Source: a bacterium (lineage in GTDB: Bacteria; Patescibacteriota; Saccharimonadia; Saccharimonadales; SZUA-47). From it: a DNA stretch of 51,981 nt. The stretch spans positions 1 to 51,981 of the forward strand of contig JAUIKH010000001.1 of the NCBI GenBank assembly GCA_030430915.1. The letters run 5' to 3'. The translations under genes were made by a program, and so were the position numbers. The number at the start of each line of letters is the position of its first letter. Position 1 is the first letter of the stretch. Below are positions 28,813 through 37,046 of this stretch, in pieces. Under the pieces are notes generated by a model. That model was given only the letters and a program-made list of their open reading frames with translations, had not been told where the DNA came from and did not search any database.

Positions 28813-30426
28813 CTAATCTTCTTTGTGAGATGTAACTGTACCTTTTTCAGTTTTTACTGCTTTTTCTGTAACATCAAATTTACCCATATATTTACCGAAC
28901 ATCAATCTTGTCTGAGAATACAGTGCAGCCATCGAGCTGTAAAAAATAGTCGTAATTGGCAATAACCCCCATTGCAACACCATCATTACCGTTCTGTGCT
29001 TCTTATAACGCAATGGTTTAGGAGGTAGAATCTTAAAGCTTAGATATAAAGTTATTAGAATACCTAGCATTGCAATTGTTTGTATACGACTAGCCACCTG
29101 AGGCAACTGATTGGCAATAAAGTCTTTTTGGTGGAATATCCATGGTATCAATGCTCCAAAAGCTAATATCAATGGTGCCGTCGCCCAGCTAAAATGGCCC
29201 TCTAACAGTCTTAGGAACTTAAATATAACATCTGTTTTAGGTATCTTATTCTTTGTCATAAACCCATATTTAGCAACATAAGCTATATCTGATGAACCCC
29301 AAGCCCAACGCCTTAACTGTATAAATTGTGCTTTTAGTGTCCGTTTGTACCCATCAGCCAGCACCGCATCCTGATAGATTGGCAAAAATATTGGCACAAC
29401 TTCGTGTTTGCCATTAAAGGTAAAATAACTTCTCCAGAACTGATGACCATCCTCGACAATAGTTCTATTACTCCAAAAGTCCGTTTCTATTAATGATGCC
29501 AAAGGCTGAGCATGAGCAGAAAAGTTCCTAAGCATATGCTGCCTAAGACCTTGAATTAGCATCCAGTATGAGTTACCCGTAGCGATAACCCTCATGGGTG
29601 CAGGCGCATCCCAAATATTGTTTGTGAACATAGGTATAGGCTGAAACGACATATATAAAGGGTCGTGACAGACTGAATAGACATAATTTAAACAGCTAAA
29701 ATAGCGTTCATGAGGTCTATTATCTGCATCTAGGGTCGTAACCAATACATGCAAAGGATCAATGTCTTTTTCCTCTACTATCTCCTGTAACCTCCGCCCA
29801 GTATAGGTTATATTTGGTCCTTTTCCGATAACCTCACCTTTAACCCCCTTTGGATGCATAACTGCTTCAGTATGCATAAACACACCCTTATACTTATCTA
29901 GTATTTTCTTATTTTGGGCTATTGCAGCCTCTCCTCCACGCTCTTCATAGGCAAGCATGAGAATGATTTTTTTAGGGTCACCCTTGCTATTTTTTACAGC
30001 TTCAAGCGTTGGGATTAATGTTTCTTTTGTCTCGTTGTATGTTGCAATTATTACAGCATGGATTATTTGTTCAGAATCTATACCATTTGGCTCTTTATCA
30101 ATTCTTGCAAGGTTTTGCCTGTGCCATTTGGGATAATAATTGTTTTTATCTCTTTCTATTAAGTCTTCTGTGAGCTCTTCCCAGTCAACAGCAGTGTGCT
30201 CTTCAAATAACCTCCAGCCTTGCACTGACCTCATATTAAGCGCCACGGCTTTAACAAACCAAAGTATCAGATACCCTATCATTAAAATTACTGCAAGCTC
30301 TACATTAACTATGGCAAGAATAAAAGGTAGGCTTAAAGCAGTCCAAGCTAAGGTTCCTGGTAGAATTTCAAAGAATCTATACTTCCAGCTCTTTTTATTA
30401 TCATATGGTATTTCAAACTTACCCAT
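28813..30426 (-). CDS. processive family-2 glycosyltransferase, polytopic membrane protein
   Basis: 537-aa ORF. Motifs: IIATYNE, TTLDADNRP, QLRRWAWG (Q-x-x-R-W). N- and C-terminal TM helices. Confidence 0.75.
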   Translation of the reverse strand: MGKFEIPYDNKKSWKYRFFEILPGTLAWTALSLPFILAIVNVELAVILMIGYLILWFVKAVALNMRSVQGWRLFEEHTAVDWEELTEDLIERDKNNYYPKWHRQNLARIDKEPNGIDSEQIIHAVIIATYNETKETLIPTLEAVKNSKGDPKKIILMLAYEERGGEAAIAQNKKILDKYKGVFMHTEAVMHPKGVKGEVIGKGPNITYTGRRLQEIVEEKDIDPLHVLVTTLDADNRPHERYFSCLNYVYSVCHDPLYMSFQPIPMFTNNIWDAPAPMRVIATGNSYWMLIQGLRQHMLRNFSAHAQPLASLIETDFWSNRTIVEDGHQFWRSYFTFNGKHEVVPIFLPIYQDAVLADGYKRTLKAQFIQLRRWAWGSSDIAYVAKYGFMTKNKIPKTDVIFKFLRLLEGHFSWATAPLILAFGALIPWIFHQKDFIANQLPQVASRIQTIAMLGILITLYLSFKILPPKPLRYKKHRTVMMVLQWGLLPITTIFYSSMAALYSQTRLMFGKYMGKFDVTEKAVKTEKGTVTSHKED

Positions 30427-30434
30427 TGTTATAA

Positions 30435-30797
30435 TTACAACGTCCTAGTCAGCGCATTGAAGATGATTATAGACATAATTAGCAATAGAATATTCATTCC
30501 CAGCAATCCTACAGCCAAATGTCTCCTTTTGGGATATATTTTTAGACTAAGGATAATTGAGGCTACTGTCACAACTACAGAAAATACAGCAAACTGGTAA
30601 AGCTCCTCTGTTGGCCCACTTATTTGACCAATTTTTGTAGTATCTCTATAAGCAACTATGCTTGTAGGGTTTTCAGACGGGTTTAAGCCCAAAATAACCC
30701 CTAAAAATGATAGTAAAAACAGAGCCATGTTGGCCCCTAACAGAGACAATACAGTTCTATCATGAAAATAATTCTTCGGAAGTTTCATATTTATCAC
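30435..30797 (-). CDS. hypothetical membrane protein (3-4 TM)
   Basis: 120-aa hydrophobic ORF immediately upstream of, and co-oriented with, the GT2 gene. Confidence 0.5.
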   Translation of the reverse strand: MINMKLPKNYFHDRTVLSLLGANMALFLLSFLGVILGLNPSENPTSIVAYRDTTKIGQISGPTEELYQFAVFSVVVTVASIILSLKIYPKRRHLAVGLLGMNILLLIMSIIIFNALTRTL

Positions 30798-30847
30798 TTA
30801 GTATATATGAGTTATTGAGGAGTGTAAAAACAGATTAAGATTTAAGA

Positions 30848-30921
30848 TGGTGCGAGTAGCGGGAGTCGAACCCGCCTCTCATGCTTGGGAAGCATACATA
30901 CTACCGATGTACTATACTCGC
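30848..30921 (-). tRNA. tRNA-Gly (anticodon CCC), CCA encoded
   Basis: The minus strand folds as follows. Acceptor GCGAGTA/TACTCGC, D arm GTAC..GTAT, anticodon arm TATGC-TTCCCAA-GCATG, T arm GCGGG-TTCGACT-CCCGC, then A-CCA. The discriminator is A rather than the U usual for bacterial tRNA-Gly. Confidence 0.8.
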
Positions 30922-30989
30922 ATAATATATTTAAAATTATAAACCAAAATATTTTACCACTTAAACAGATACTTAGAATAACTGCTTAT

Positions 30990-32243
30990 TTATGCAGGTG
31001 TAACAATTGGCGATAGCTTACCAGCTTCAATTAAGTCATGTACATATTGACTAAAATCAATTATAGGTGGCTTTTCAGCACCAGCCATATCAAATTTTTC
31101 TGGTTCACCGCCTATTCCCAGATGCGCTGAAGCTTCATGCATGTCATCTCCCTCTTCATAAGCATGCATCATACTAAAATCATTATCGTGATAATCAGCT
31201 AAGCCATGCACACCTACTTCATGTGCAACTACTATAATGTCGCCGCTACCATTAGTCTTTACTCTTACAGGTTCTCTCATATTAGTTTCATAATTATCTA
31301 CATATTCGACATCTGGGTAGTCTGTTGCTTTTATGTCTAGGGTTTCCCTGTCTCTCATACCTACATCAGAAAACACCTCCGTAACACCTTCTGCAACACA
31401 TATACCATTTATAGCTCTTACAATTTGCATTTCACCGTTTAAGCAGGTGGGGTCACTTGAAACATCTAATTGAATATTAAATATTCTTTCTTCTTCACCA
31501 GATTCAATCTGATTTAAATTCTCTATAATTTGTCTTGTGTCTTCGTTTTTTGGGCCATGAGGAAGCTCCTCTTTAAGGTATGAAATGATGAACTCAAGCG
31601 CTTGAGGATTTACATTGTAATTTTGTGAATCACCATTAATATCACTTGTATAAATATTAAATTTAACTCCCGATATAGATTCATATGCTCCAGCAAACAA
31701 TTTATGTTCATCTAGAAGACTCTCGCTACTTAGACGACTACCACCTCCTAATGCACTCCTTAATGCATCTTCAGCCGCTTTATTCTCATCAACAAATGGT
31801 TCATCTTTTACCTCAGGTAGTTCTTCGGCATCTAATAATAGATGGTCATATGGTCCAACAGTTTCTATTGCTTCAGCTACTTCTTCTGCATCTCCCTCTA
31901 CCACTTGTTCAACAGGGGTAATATCACTAGTATCCTCAGCGGTTGACTTTTCTAGCATAGTAACCCCTCCAGCAGCAACGCCTGATAGCATTATTACAGC
32001 AGCTATTTCTCGCTTTCTACGACCTACAAAGTCTTTTACACGTTCTAATCTGCCTTTTGGTACATGTGTATCAAAATCATCTAAGCCTATAGCTATTCTC
32101 CTGTCCCTTTCCTCAAGTGCATCGTCCAGACTAAAGCTTCTCGGCACAGAAAATGGATCATCATCCCAAATATCATCAATAGACTCGCTACTTTCACTAG
32201 CAGCTATATAAAAGGGGTCTGAATCTATCGGTGTTTTTACCAT
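30990..32243 (-). CDS. hypothetical membrane-anchored acidic protein with HExxH motif
   Basis: 417-aa ORF. One TM helix (IAAVIMLSGVAAGGVTML), a very acidic extracellular part, and VVAHEVGVHGL (HExxH) near the C-terminus. Confidence 0.5.
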   Translation of the reverse strand: MVKTPIDSDPFYIAASESSESIDDIWDDDPFSVPRSFSLDDALEERDRRIAIGLDDFDTHVPKGRLERVKDFVGRRKREIAAVIMLSGVAAGGVTMLEKSTAEDTSDITPVEQVVEGDAEEVAEAIETVGPYDHLLLDAEELPEVKDEPFVDENKAAEDALRSALGGGSRLSSESLLDEHKLFAGAYESISGVKFNIYTSDINGDSQNYNVNPQALEFIISYLKEELPHGPKNEDTRQIIENLNQIESGEEERIFNIQLDVSSDPTCLNGEMQIVRAINGICVAEGVTEVFSDVGMRDRETLDIKATDYPDVEYVDNYETNMREPVRVKTNGSGDIIVVAHEVGVHGLADYHDNDFSMMHAYEEGDDMHEASAHLGIGGEPEKFDMAGAEKPPIIDFSQYVHDLIEAGKLSPIVTPA

Positions 32244-32326
32244 AATATTTGTTTTTGTATTAACTATAATATTTTAGCATTCTTTGTGCCTTTTGTCAAT
32301 TATTATCAGCTGGGTGATAGATATTA

Positions 32327-32917
32327 CTATTTCTTTTTACTGGCTAGCCAGTCAGGCACTGGAACAAAACTAATTTTTTCCCAGCTATCAATTTCTTTTT
32401 CAGTTACATTATAGACTGCCTGATAAGCAGTCTCTACACTCCCATGTAGAGCTTCAGAAATCTCCAAGCCTAGTCTGTCTGCTGTGTTTTTTAGCAAGCT
32501 TTCATTGTCTGTTTCTATCTCAACAAAACTAGGTATCCATGGCCATGTATCTAGTTCTATCTCAGCGCCATCAAGCATCCAACTTTCTCGTTTTGTTTCT
32601 TGAGTAGACACCAGCTTCATACCGACCAACTCCAAAAAACTAGAGGTTGCTTCGATACTATCAACAATAATAGTAACCTCTTTAGTGCCATTAATTGTTC
32701 TGTCGTTTAGCTGTTTATAGCTTAGTGTTACCTTATCGCCTTCATCACGCACCCTAACCCATCCATTCACATTCGCCAATTTTCCATCTGGATAGTCGTA
32801 TATTTTACGCACCATTAATCTTTCGTTTTCAACTAATTTTGCACCTTGATATTCTAGCTTCTTACGAAATTCTTCTAAATTAACATCCAACCATTTTGCC
32901 TCTATCTCAGTTTGCAT
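32327..32917 (-). CDS. CYTH-domain protein (class IV adenylate cyclase / triphosphatase fold)
   Basis: 196-aa ORF starting MQTEIEAKW (the ExExK signature of CYTH). Later motifs WVRVRD and EIELD. Confidence 0.75.
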   Translation of the reverse strand: MQTEIEAKWLDVNLEEFRKKLEYQGAKLVENERLMVRKIYDYPDGKLANVNGWVRVRDEGDKVTLSYKQLNDRTINGTKEVTIIVDSIEATSSFLELVGMKLVSTQETKRESWMLDGAEIELDTWPWIPSFVEIETDNESLLKNTADRLGLEISEALHGSVETAYQAVYNVTEKEIDSWEKISFVPVPDWLASKKK

Positions 32918-33003
32918 ACAATAATTATACAGTAAAAATTAGGTGCTTTATTTCCGCAATGATTTGTTTGGAGTGTAAATACGAGACAGGTTTAAGCAGC
33001 TGC

Positions 33004-33654
33004 CTAGTTTACTTTTTTGAAAATATAGTTATTAGCGACCTTAGTGTAGCCAATACCTTTCATTGAAGCCTGTATCTCAGATTTTGTTGGATGTAAACCC
33101 TTCTTAGGAGTGAAATAACTGTCCAAATCACTGGTGCTTATCCGCCAGGTGTCTTTAGTGTGATTAACGACAGCTATAAGTTCATATTCAGGATCAACAT
33201 GTGCCATCGCTGCATCACCATGACTATTATTAGCTAGCAATATGCCGTTGTTTTTCAATAGATTCTTACCAGCTTGAGACACAAACCCTGCGTATTGTGA
33301 AATGAGTAAATCAAAGGACTCAACCTCAATTGGTAGTGGCTTTTCATAGTTTTGCTGTGCAACAAATATTTCTGGATCTTCTCTGTATTGCTTGTTTTTG
33401 ATCACCATTTGTCTCACTTCTTTGTCCTCAAAGAACTGTTTTACTCGCCTGTCGCTATCAATAAATGCCGTTTTTGGGTAAAAAAAGGCAGGCGTAATGT
33501 GCACAAAACTACCCAAATATATCGCAGATTTTATTTGGTATGTGTCACGAAGTAATTCAAAAAGATGTAGACGCTCAAATTCATTATCAATGAAGTACTT
33601 TTTGTATAATTCCAAATTTTTATTCATAAGGCTATTGTAGCAAACAGAAAACAC
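33004..33654 (-). CDS. hypothetical protein (possibly Rossmann-like; function not recognised)
   Basis: 216-aa ORF. The start may be the internal MNKNLELY. No confident motif. Confidence 0.5.
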   Translation of the reverse strand: MFSVCYNSLMNKNLELYKKYFIDNEFERLHLFELLRDTYQIKSAIYLGSFVHITPAFFYPKTAFIDSDRRVKQFFEDKEVRQMVIKNKQYREDPEIFVAQQNYEKPLPIEVESFDLLISQYAGFVSQAGKNLLKNNGILLANNSHGDAAMAHVDPEYELIAVVNHTKDTWRISTSDLDSYFTPKKGLHPTKSEIQASMKGIGYTKVANNYIFKKVN

Positions 33655-33740
33655 TATATCTCCATAACGCTTATATCAATGAACAGTAGCTCAAAAGTAT
33701 TTTAACTTCAGTTTAAAACCAGCTGAGTTTGTTCGGCTGT

Positions 33741-33770
33741 AATTCAAAACACCCCATATCAGGGGTGTTT
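33741..33770 (-). terminator. intrinsic terminator downstream of the tRNA-Asp 3'-end copy
   Basis: Minus strand reads AACACCCC-TGATAT-GGGGTGTT followed by TTGAATT. Confidence 0.55.
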
Positions 33771-33782
33771 GGATTTACGTTC

Positions 33783-33801
33783 TGGTGGGCCCGACCGAAT
33801 T
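33783..33801 (-). repeat. partial copy of the tRNA-Asp 3' end (T-loop edge, acceptor strand, CCA)
   Basis: TGGTGGGCCCGACCGAATT versus TGGCGGGCCCGACCGGATT at 33978-33996. That is 17/19 identical, same orientation, 195 bp apart. Confidence 0.85.
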
Positions 33802-33977
33802 AGCGGGCTATAGCCCTTCTTTCGTTTGTTCGAAAAGCAAATACCTTCGAAAGGTGCTTTCTTTTCTTCTCTGCACTTCGCGACCGGCGCTCCTTACAGG
33901 AGCAACCGCCGATTTAAATCACGAGAAGAGTCTCGTCAAAGAAAAAAGCCCCATCATAAATGATGAGACTTTTGTCT

Positions 33978-34055
33978 TGGCGGGCCCGACCGGATTTGAA
34001 CCGGCGATCTCCTCCGTGACAGGGAGGCGTGTTAGGCCAGCTACACCACGAGCCC
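33978..34055 (-). tRNA. tRNA-Asp (anticodon GUC), CCA encoded
   Basis: Minus strand. Acceptor GGGCTCG/CGGGCCC, D arm GTGT..ACAC, anticodon arm CCTCC-CTGTCAC-GGAGG, T arm GCCGG-TTCAAAT-CCGGT, then G-CCA. A terminator hairpin plus T-run follows at 33969-33942. Confidence 0.9.
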
Positions 34056-34150
34056 GCATTTTTGTCTTAATAGTTAGATTAAGTCTACCTGTTAGGACTT
34101 CGAGAAGTTTAGCATTTTAAGAAGTTAAAATCAACTATTTACCTTAATAC

Positions 34151-35218
34151 CTAGTTTTCAGGTAACGATATATATAGCCTATAAGGCTGCTTTTCTTTCA
34201 TGTCATTCAGTACACCCGATAAATCATTAAGCATAAATATTATGTGTGCGCCTTCTATTTTGTCGCCTTCTCTACCAACGTTTTTTACAATTTCTAAAGC
34301 GTAACCTGTTCTATATGGAGTGACAGTGATATCTGAATATTGCCCTTCTTCAAGCTTGAATAGAGTATCAACAGTCTGTTGTGAGACATTACGATTATTA
34401 GCATCAACCAGCCCAAACTCTCCACCATTTTCTTTAGTACCCTCATCGTTTGAATACTCCTTAGCAACCTCTGCAAAATCTGCTCCCGCTTCCAGCTTGG
34501 CTAGAGCTTCTTTAGCTCTATTCTCCGTATCTTGATCGAGTGCCCTTGTTACCTTTTGAGCCAGTAATTCATCGCTTAGACTTCGCTTAAAGTCGTCCGT
34601 AGACCAATCCCAATAATTTCTCAGAACGTCTTCAAATATCTCATCTGTACTACCAAGACGGTTTTGCTCTCTTGCAATTCGAATCTGATTATTAATCTCT
34701 TCATCGCTGACTGTTATATTATTTTCTTCAGCAATTTTTTTTATATAAGCATGGTTAACTACATCATCCAACGCTCGTTTTTTATAATCCGTCAGCTGAG
34801 CTTTACCTTCATCAGATTCAAAACTAAGTTGCTGTTGGGTTTCGTGATAATGTATATATTGCCGTAGCTCAAATAGGTAGTTCTCATATGCAATTAGCGT
34901 GTTTCCAGTCCTAGCAATCGGAAAAGGAATTACTTTAGTCACCTGATACATGAAGCTGGACGTCGTCTGTTGACGATAAAGCATTAGAACAGATATGGTT
35001 GTAAACAATAGTACTATCGCTATCAGGATAGACGTAGTTAGTATTATGATTCGATGCTTAGAATGTTGCAGCGGATAAATGTACTTACGTGCACCAGACA
35101 ACACCTCTTCTCTATGCTCTGCTACATTATCGTTTGTAATTCTAGGTACTTTTGTACTGCCGACTGTGTCTTTCTTTAAAGCACGCTTGTCCTTGAATTT
35201 TTTAATTCTCTTTTTCAA
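34151..35218 (-). CDS. membrane-anchored parvulin-type peptidyl-prolyl isomerase (PrsA/SurA-like)
   Basis: 355-aa ORF. N-terminal TM helix and a SurA-N-like helical region. The C-terminus ADFAEVAKEYSNDEGTKENGGEFG..Y.. is the PpiC/rotamase signature. Confidence 0.75.
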   Translation of the reverse strand: MKKRIKKFKDKRALKKDTVGSTKVPRITNDNVAEHREEVLSGARKYIYPLQHSKHRIIILTTSILIAIVLLFTTISVLMLYRQQTTSSFMYQVTKVIPFPIARTGNTLIAYENYLFELRQYIHYHETQQQLSFESDEGKAQLTDYKKRALDDVVNHAYIKKIAEENNITVSDEEINNQIRIAREQNRLGSTDEIFEDVLRNYWDWSTDDFKRSLSDELLAQKVTRALDQDTENRAKEALAKLEAGADFAEVAKEYSNDEGTKENGGEFGLVDANNRNVSQQTVDTLFKLEEGQYSDITVTPYRTGYALEIVKNVGREGDKIEGAHIIFMLNDLSGVLNDMKEKQPYRLYISLPEN

Positions 35219-35770
35219 TTATCTGCTCTTTTCATGGCTAGTTTTTTGTGCACGTTCGTCAGGCTGACCTATTACTGTACCGTGATCCCTGAGAATTATT
35301 GCTAATTCTTTTGACACAGCGGCTGGATGATGAACATCATTTATAACAATTTCACCTAGGTAAGTCTGTATTATTATTGTACCAAATCCCAGTAATGTTT
35401 CTTGTATTCCAACTACCTGATAGTTCACAGACTGCACATGATTCAGCCCGATATCGGCAAAACTCTTAGTAAACATACCCTTCTGAGTTATCTGGATAAA
35501 TCTCTGGTCTGTTGCAATATAGACTGTAAAGTACCAATAAATCCAGGACGGAAAAGCAACAATAATACCTACGATAAAGCCCGCCGCCAAACCTCCATAA
35601 AAATAGCTTAGTTCAGGCTTAATGAAAGATGGTATCGTTCCTAAAAGTATTGCTATCATGAACAAAATCAGGCCTTTACGCATAACAACCGGATGCTTCC
35701 TAAATGCATAAAGGACTTCTTCATCCTCATATTGGTCTTTAAAAGCTAGCTTTTTATTCTGCTTAGGCAT
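35219..35770 (-). CDS. bacterial PH-domain (YdbS/YdbT-like) membrane protein
   Basis: 183-aa ORF. FRKHPVVMRKG, then two TM helices, then a beta-rich domain. Abuts the PPIase gene. Confidence 0.6.
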   Translation of the reverse strand: MPKQNKKLAFKDQYEDEEVLYAFRKHPVVMRKGLILFMIAILLGTIPSFIKPELSYFYGGLAAGFIVGIIVAFPSWIYWYFTVYIATDQRFIQITQKGMFTKSFADIGLNHVQSVNYQVVGIQETLLGFGTIIIQTYLGEIVINDVHHPAAVSKELAIILRDHGTVIGQPDERAQKTSHEKSR

Positions 35771-35873
35771 ACCTAGTAGTAGCCTCTTGGGTAGTTATAT
35801 TCATTACCATAAGCATAGTTTACCTTAGAAAGTCGACAGTTTACAGTGTATATACTATAATTCATCTAATATT

Positions 35874-35928
35874 GGCCTGGTAGCTCAATGGATAGAGCAG
35901 CTCATGACCTCAAGGAGAAGGTTGTAGG
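35874..35928 (+). pseudogene. 5' pseudo-copy of tRNA-Arg (acceptor to T-stem 5' strand) with a degenerate anticodon loop
   Basis: 35874-35904 is identical to 36066-36096 (31 nt), and 35914-35928 is identical to 36104-36118 (15 nt). The anticodon-loop region differs (ATGACCTCAA versus CGTCCTAA). There is no T loop or 3' acceptor. The upstream TATAAT box is also duplicated (35856 and 36047). Confidence 0.8.
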
Positions 35929-36065
35929 CGAAAAATGCCAGTGGCATTTTGAGGAGTCTTTACTTGGTTGAACGAGCCCAGCCTCTGTTTTAAGAGGCTG
36001 GGTTGCCGAGTGAACATGGATAGTCGACTCTTAGAGTCGAACCCTTTATAATTAAATCTATACTT

Positions 36066-36141
36066 GGCCTGGTAGCTCAATGGATAGAGCAGCTCCGTCC
36101 TAAGGAGAAGGTTGTAGGTTCGACTCCTACCCGGGTCGCCA
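36066..36141 (+). tRNA. tRNA-Arg (anticodon CCU), CCA encoded
   Basis: Acceptor GGCCTGG/CCGGGTC (two G-U pairs), D arm GCTC..GAGC, anticodon arm GCTCC-GTCCTAA-GGAGA, T arm GTAGG-TTCGACT-CCTAC, then G-CCA. Confidence 0.88.
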
Positions 36142-36144
36142 TAT

Positions 36145-36173
36145 AAAAAGCACTACATTTTGTGGTGCTTTTT
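36145..36173 (+). terminator. intrinsic terminator after tRNA-Arg
   Basis: AAAAA-GCACTAC-(5 nt)-GTGGTGC-TTTTT. Confidence 0.65.
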
Positions 36174-36308
36174 ATATGATTATCGGTAAGTAGAAACTAC
36201 AACCTGTAAGGTTGAAGGTGAGCAGTGCCATTCGAGCACTGCTCAAGAGAATCTTTCAGCAATGAAACTTGTTTAATGCTTGAAAGTTCTGGGCCCGCAG
36301 AATGTGGG

Positions 36309-36329
36309 CGACTCCTACCCGGGTCGCCA
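36309..36329 (+). repeat. perfect 21-bp direct repeat of the tRNA-Arg 3' end
   Basis: CGACTCCTACCCGGGTCGCCA at 36309-36329 is identical to 36121-36141 (T loop, T stem, acceptor, CCA). The offset is 188 bp. Confidence 0.95.
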
Positions 36330-36490
36330 ATTTTGATTACTATTAAGTCCTTCATGCCGTAATATACAACTAAAAACTTAAACAAAGTTAAAACAAATAA
36401 TTATTGTTCTGACTTTCTTAAGAACGTTAGAATATACTACAAAGTAATTACTTTAAGCCATATTACCCATGATGAATAAACAATTAAAGA

Positions 36491-36955
36491 TTACCCTCGT
36501 TCGTGGCCTTCGTATATGTGCAGATACTCTGATTTATCATAGCTAAACAACTCATCGTCGTTAAAAAACCTAGCTACTTCTTTTTTACCATTTTCTTTAC
36601 TGTCTGAGGCATGCACCAAATTCCTGCCTGTTCCGATAGCCATATCCCCTCTTATTGTTCCGGCTTCTGCTTCTCTGGGATTCGTTGCCCCGAGAATTAT
36701 TCTAATAGAATTAACACACTCAAAACCTTCGATTGCCATTACAATCACTGGTGAGCTCTTCATAAAATTTTCTAATCCTTTATAAAACGGCTTGTCAGTC
36801 AAATGTGAATAATGAGCTTCCAGCAAAGCACTATCTAAAGATGTCATTTTGATTCCAAGAATCTTTAACCCCTTCATCTCAAACCTTTTTATAATATCTC
36901 CGACTAAACCCCTTTGCACTGCATCTGGCTTTAAAATTATTAGTGATTTCTCCAT
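36491..36955 (-). CDS. ndk: nucleoside-diphosphate kinase
   Basis: 154-aa ORF. Motifs: SLIILKPDAVQRGLVGDIIKRFE, GATNPREA, RNLVHASDS (catalytic His). Confidence 0.95.
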   Translation of the reverse strand: MEKSLIILKPDAVQRGLVGDIIKRFEMKGLKILGIKMTSLDSALLEAHYSHLTDKPFYKGLENFMKSSPVIVMAIEGFECVNSIRIILGATNPREAEAGTIRGDMAIGTGRNLVHASDSKENGKKEVARFFNDDELFSYDKSEYLHIYEGHERG

Positions 36956-37046
36956 AGATTTTTATCCTGTTTATTACACATTAGTATAGCAAACAGATAT
37001 AAAACAGTAAAAACTAGACAATTTCTCAATATTTCAAATTCAGTAA

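Noticed and set aside
33783-33975. tmRNA (ssrA) interpretation of the RNA ending in ...GGTCGGGCCCACCA
   Set aside because: There is no complementary 5' acceptor strand, no GGTTCGA-type T loop, no tag reading frame ending in a stop, and the length is only ~190 nt. A tRNA-with-intron model also failed because no 5' half is present.
33785-34120. 111-aa '+' ORF
   Set aside because: It is antisense across tRNA-Asp and the tRNA-derived repeat. It is an artefact of GC-rich tRNA sequence.
36197-36385. 62-aa '-' ORF
   Set aside because: It spans the tRNA-Arg 3'-end repeat and structured spacer, with no SD and tRNA-derived codons.
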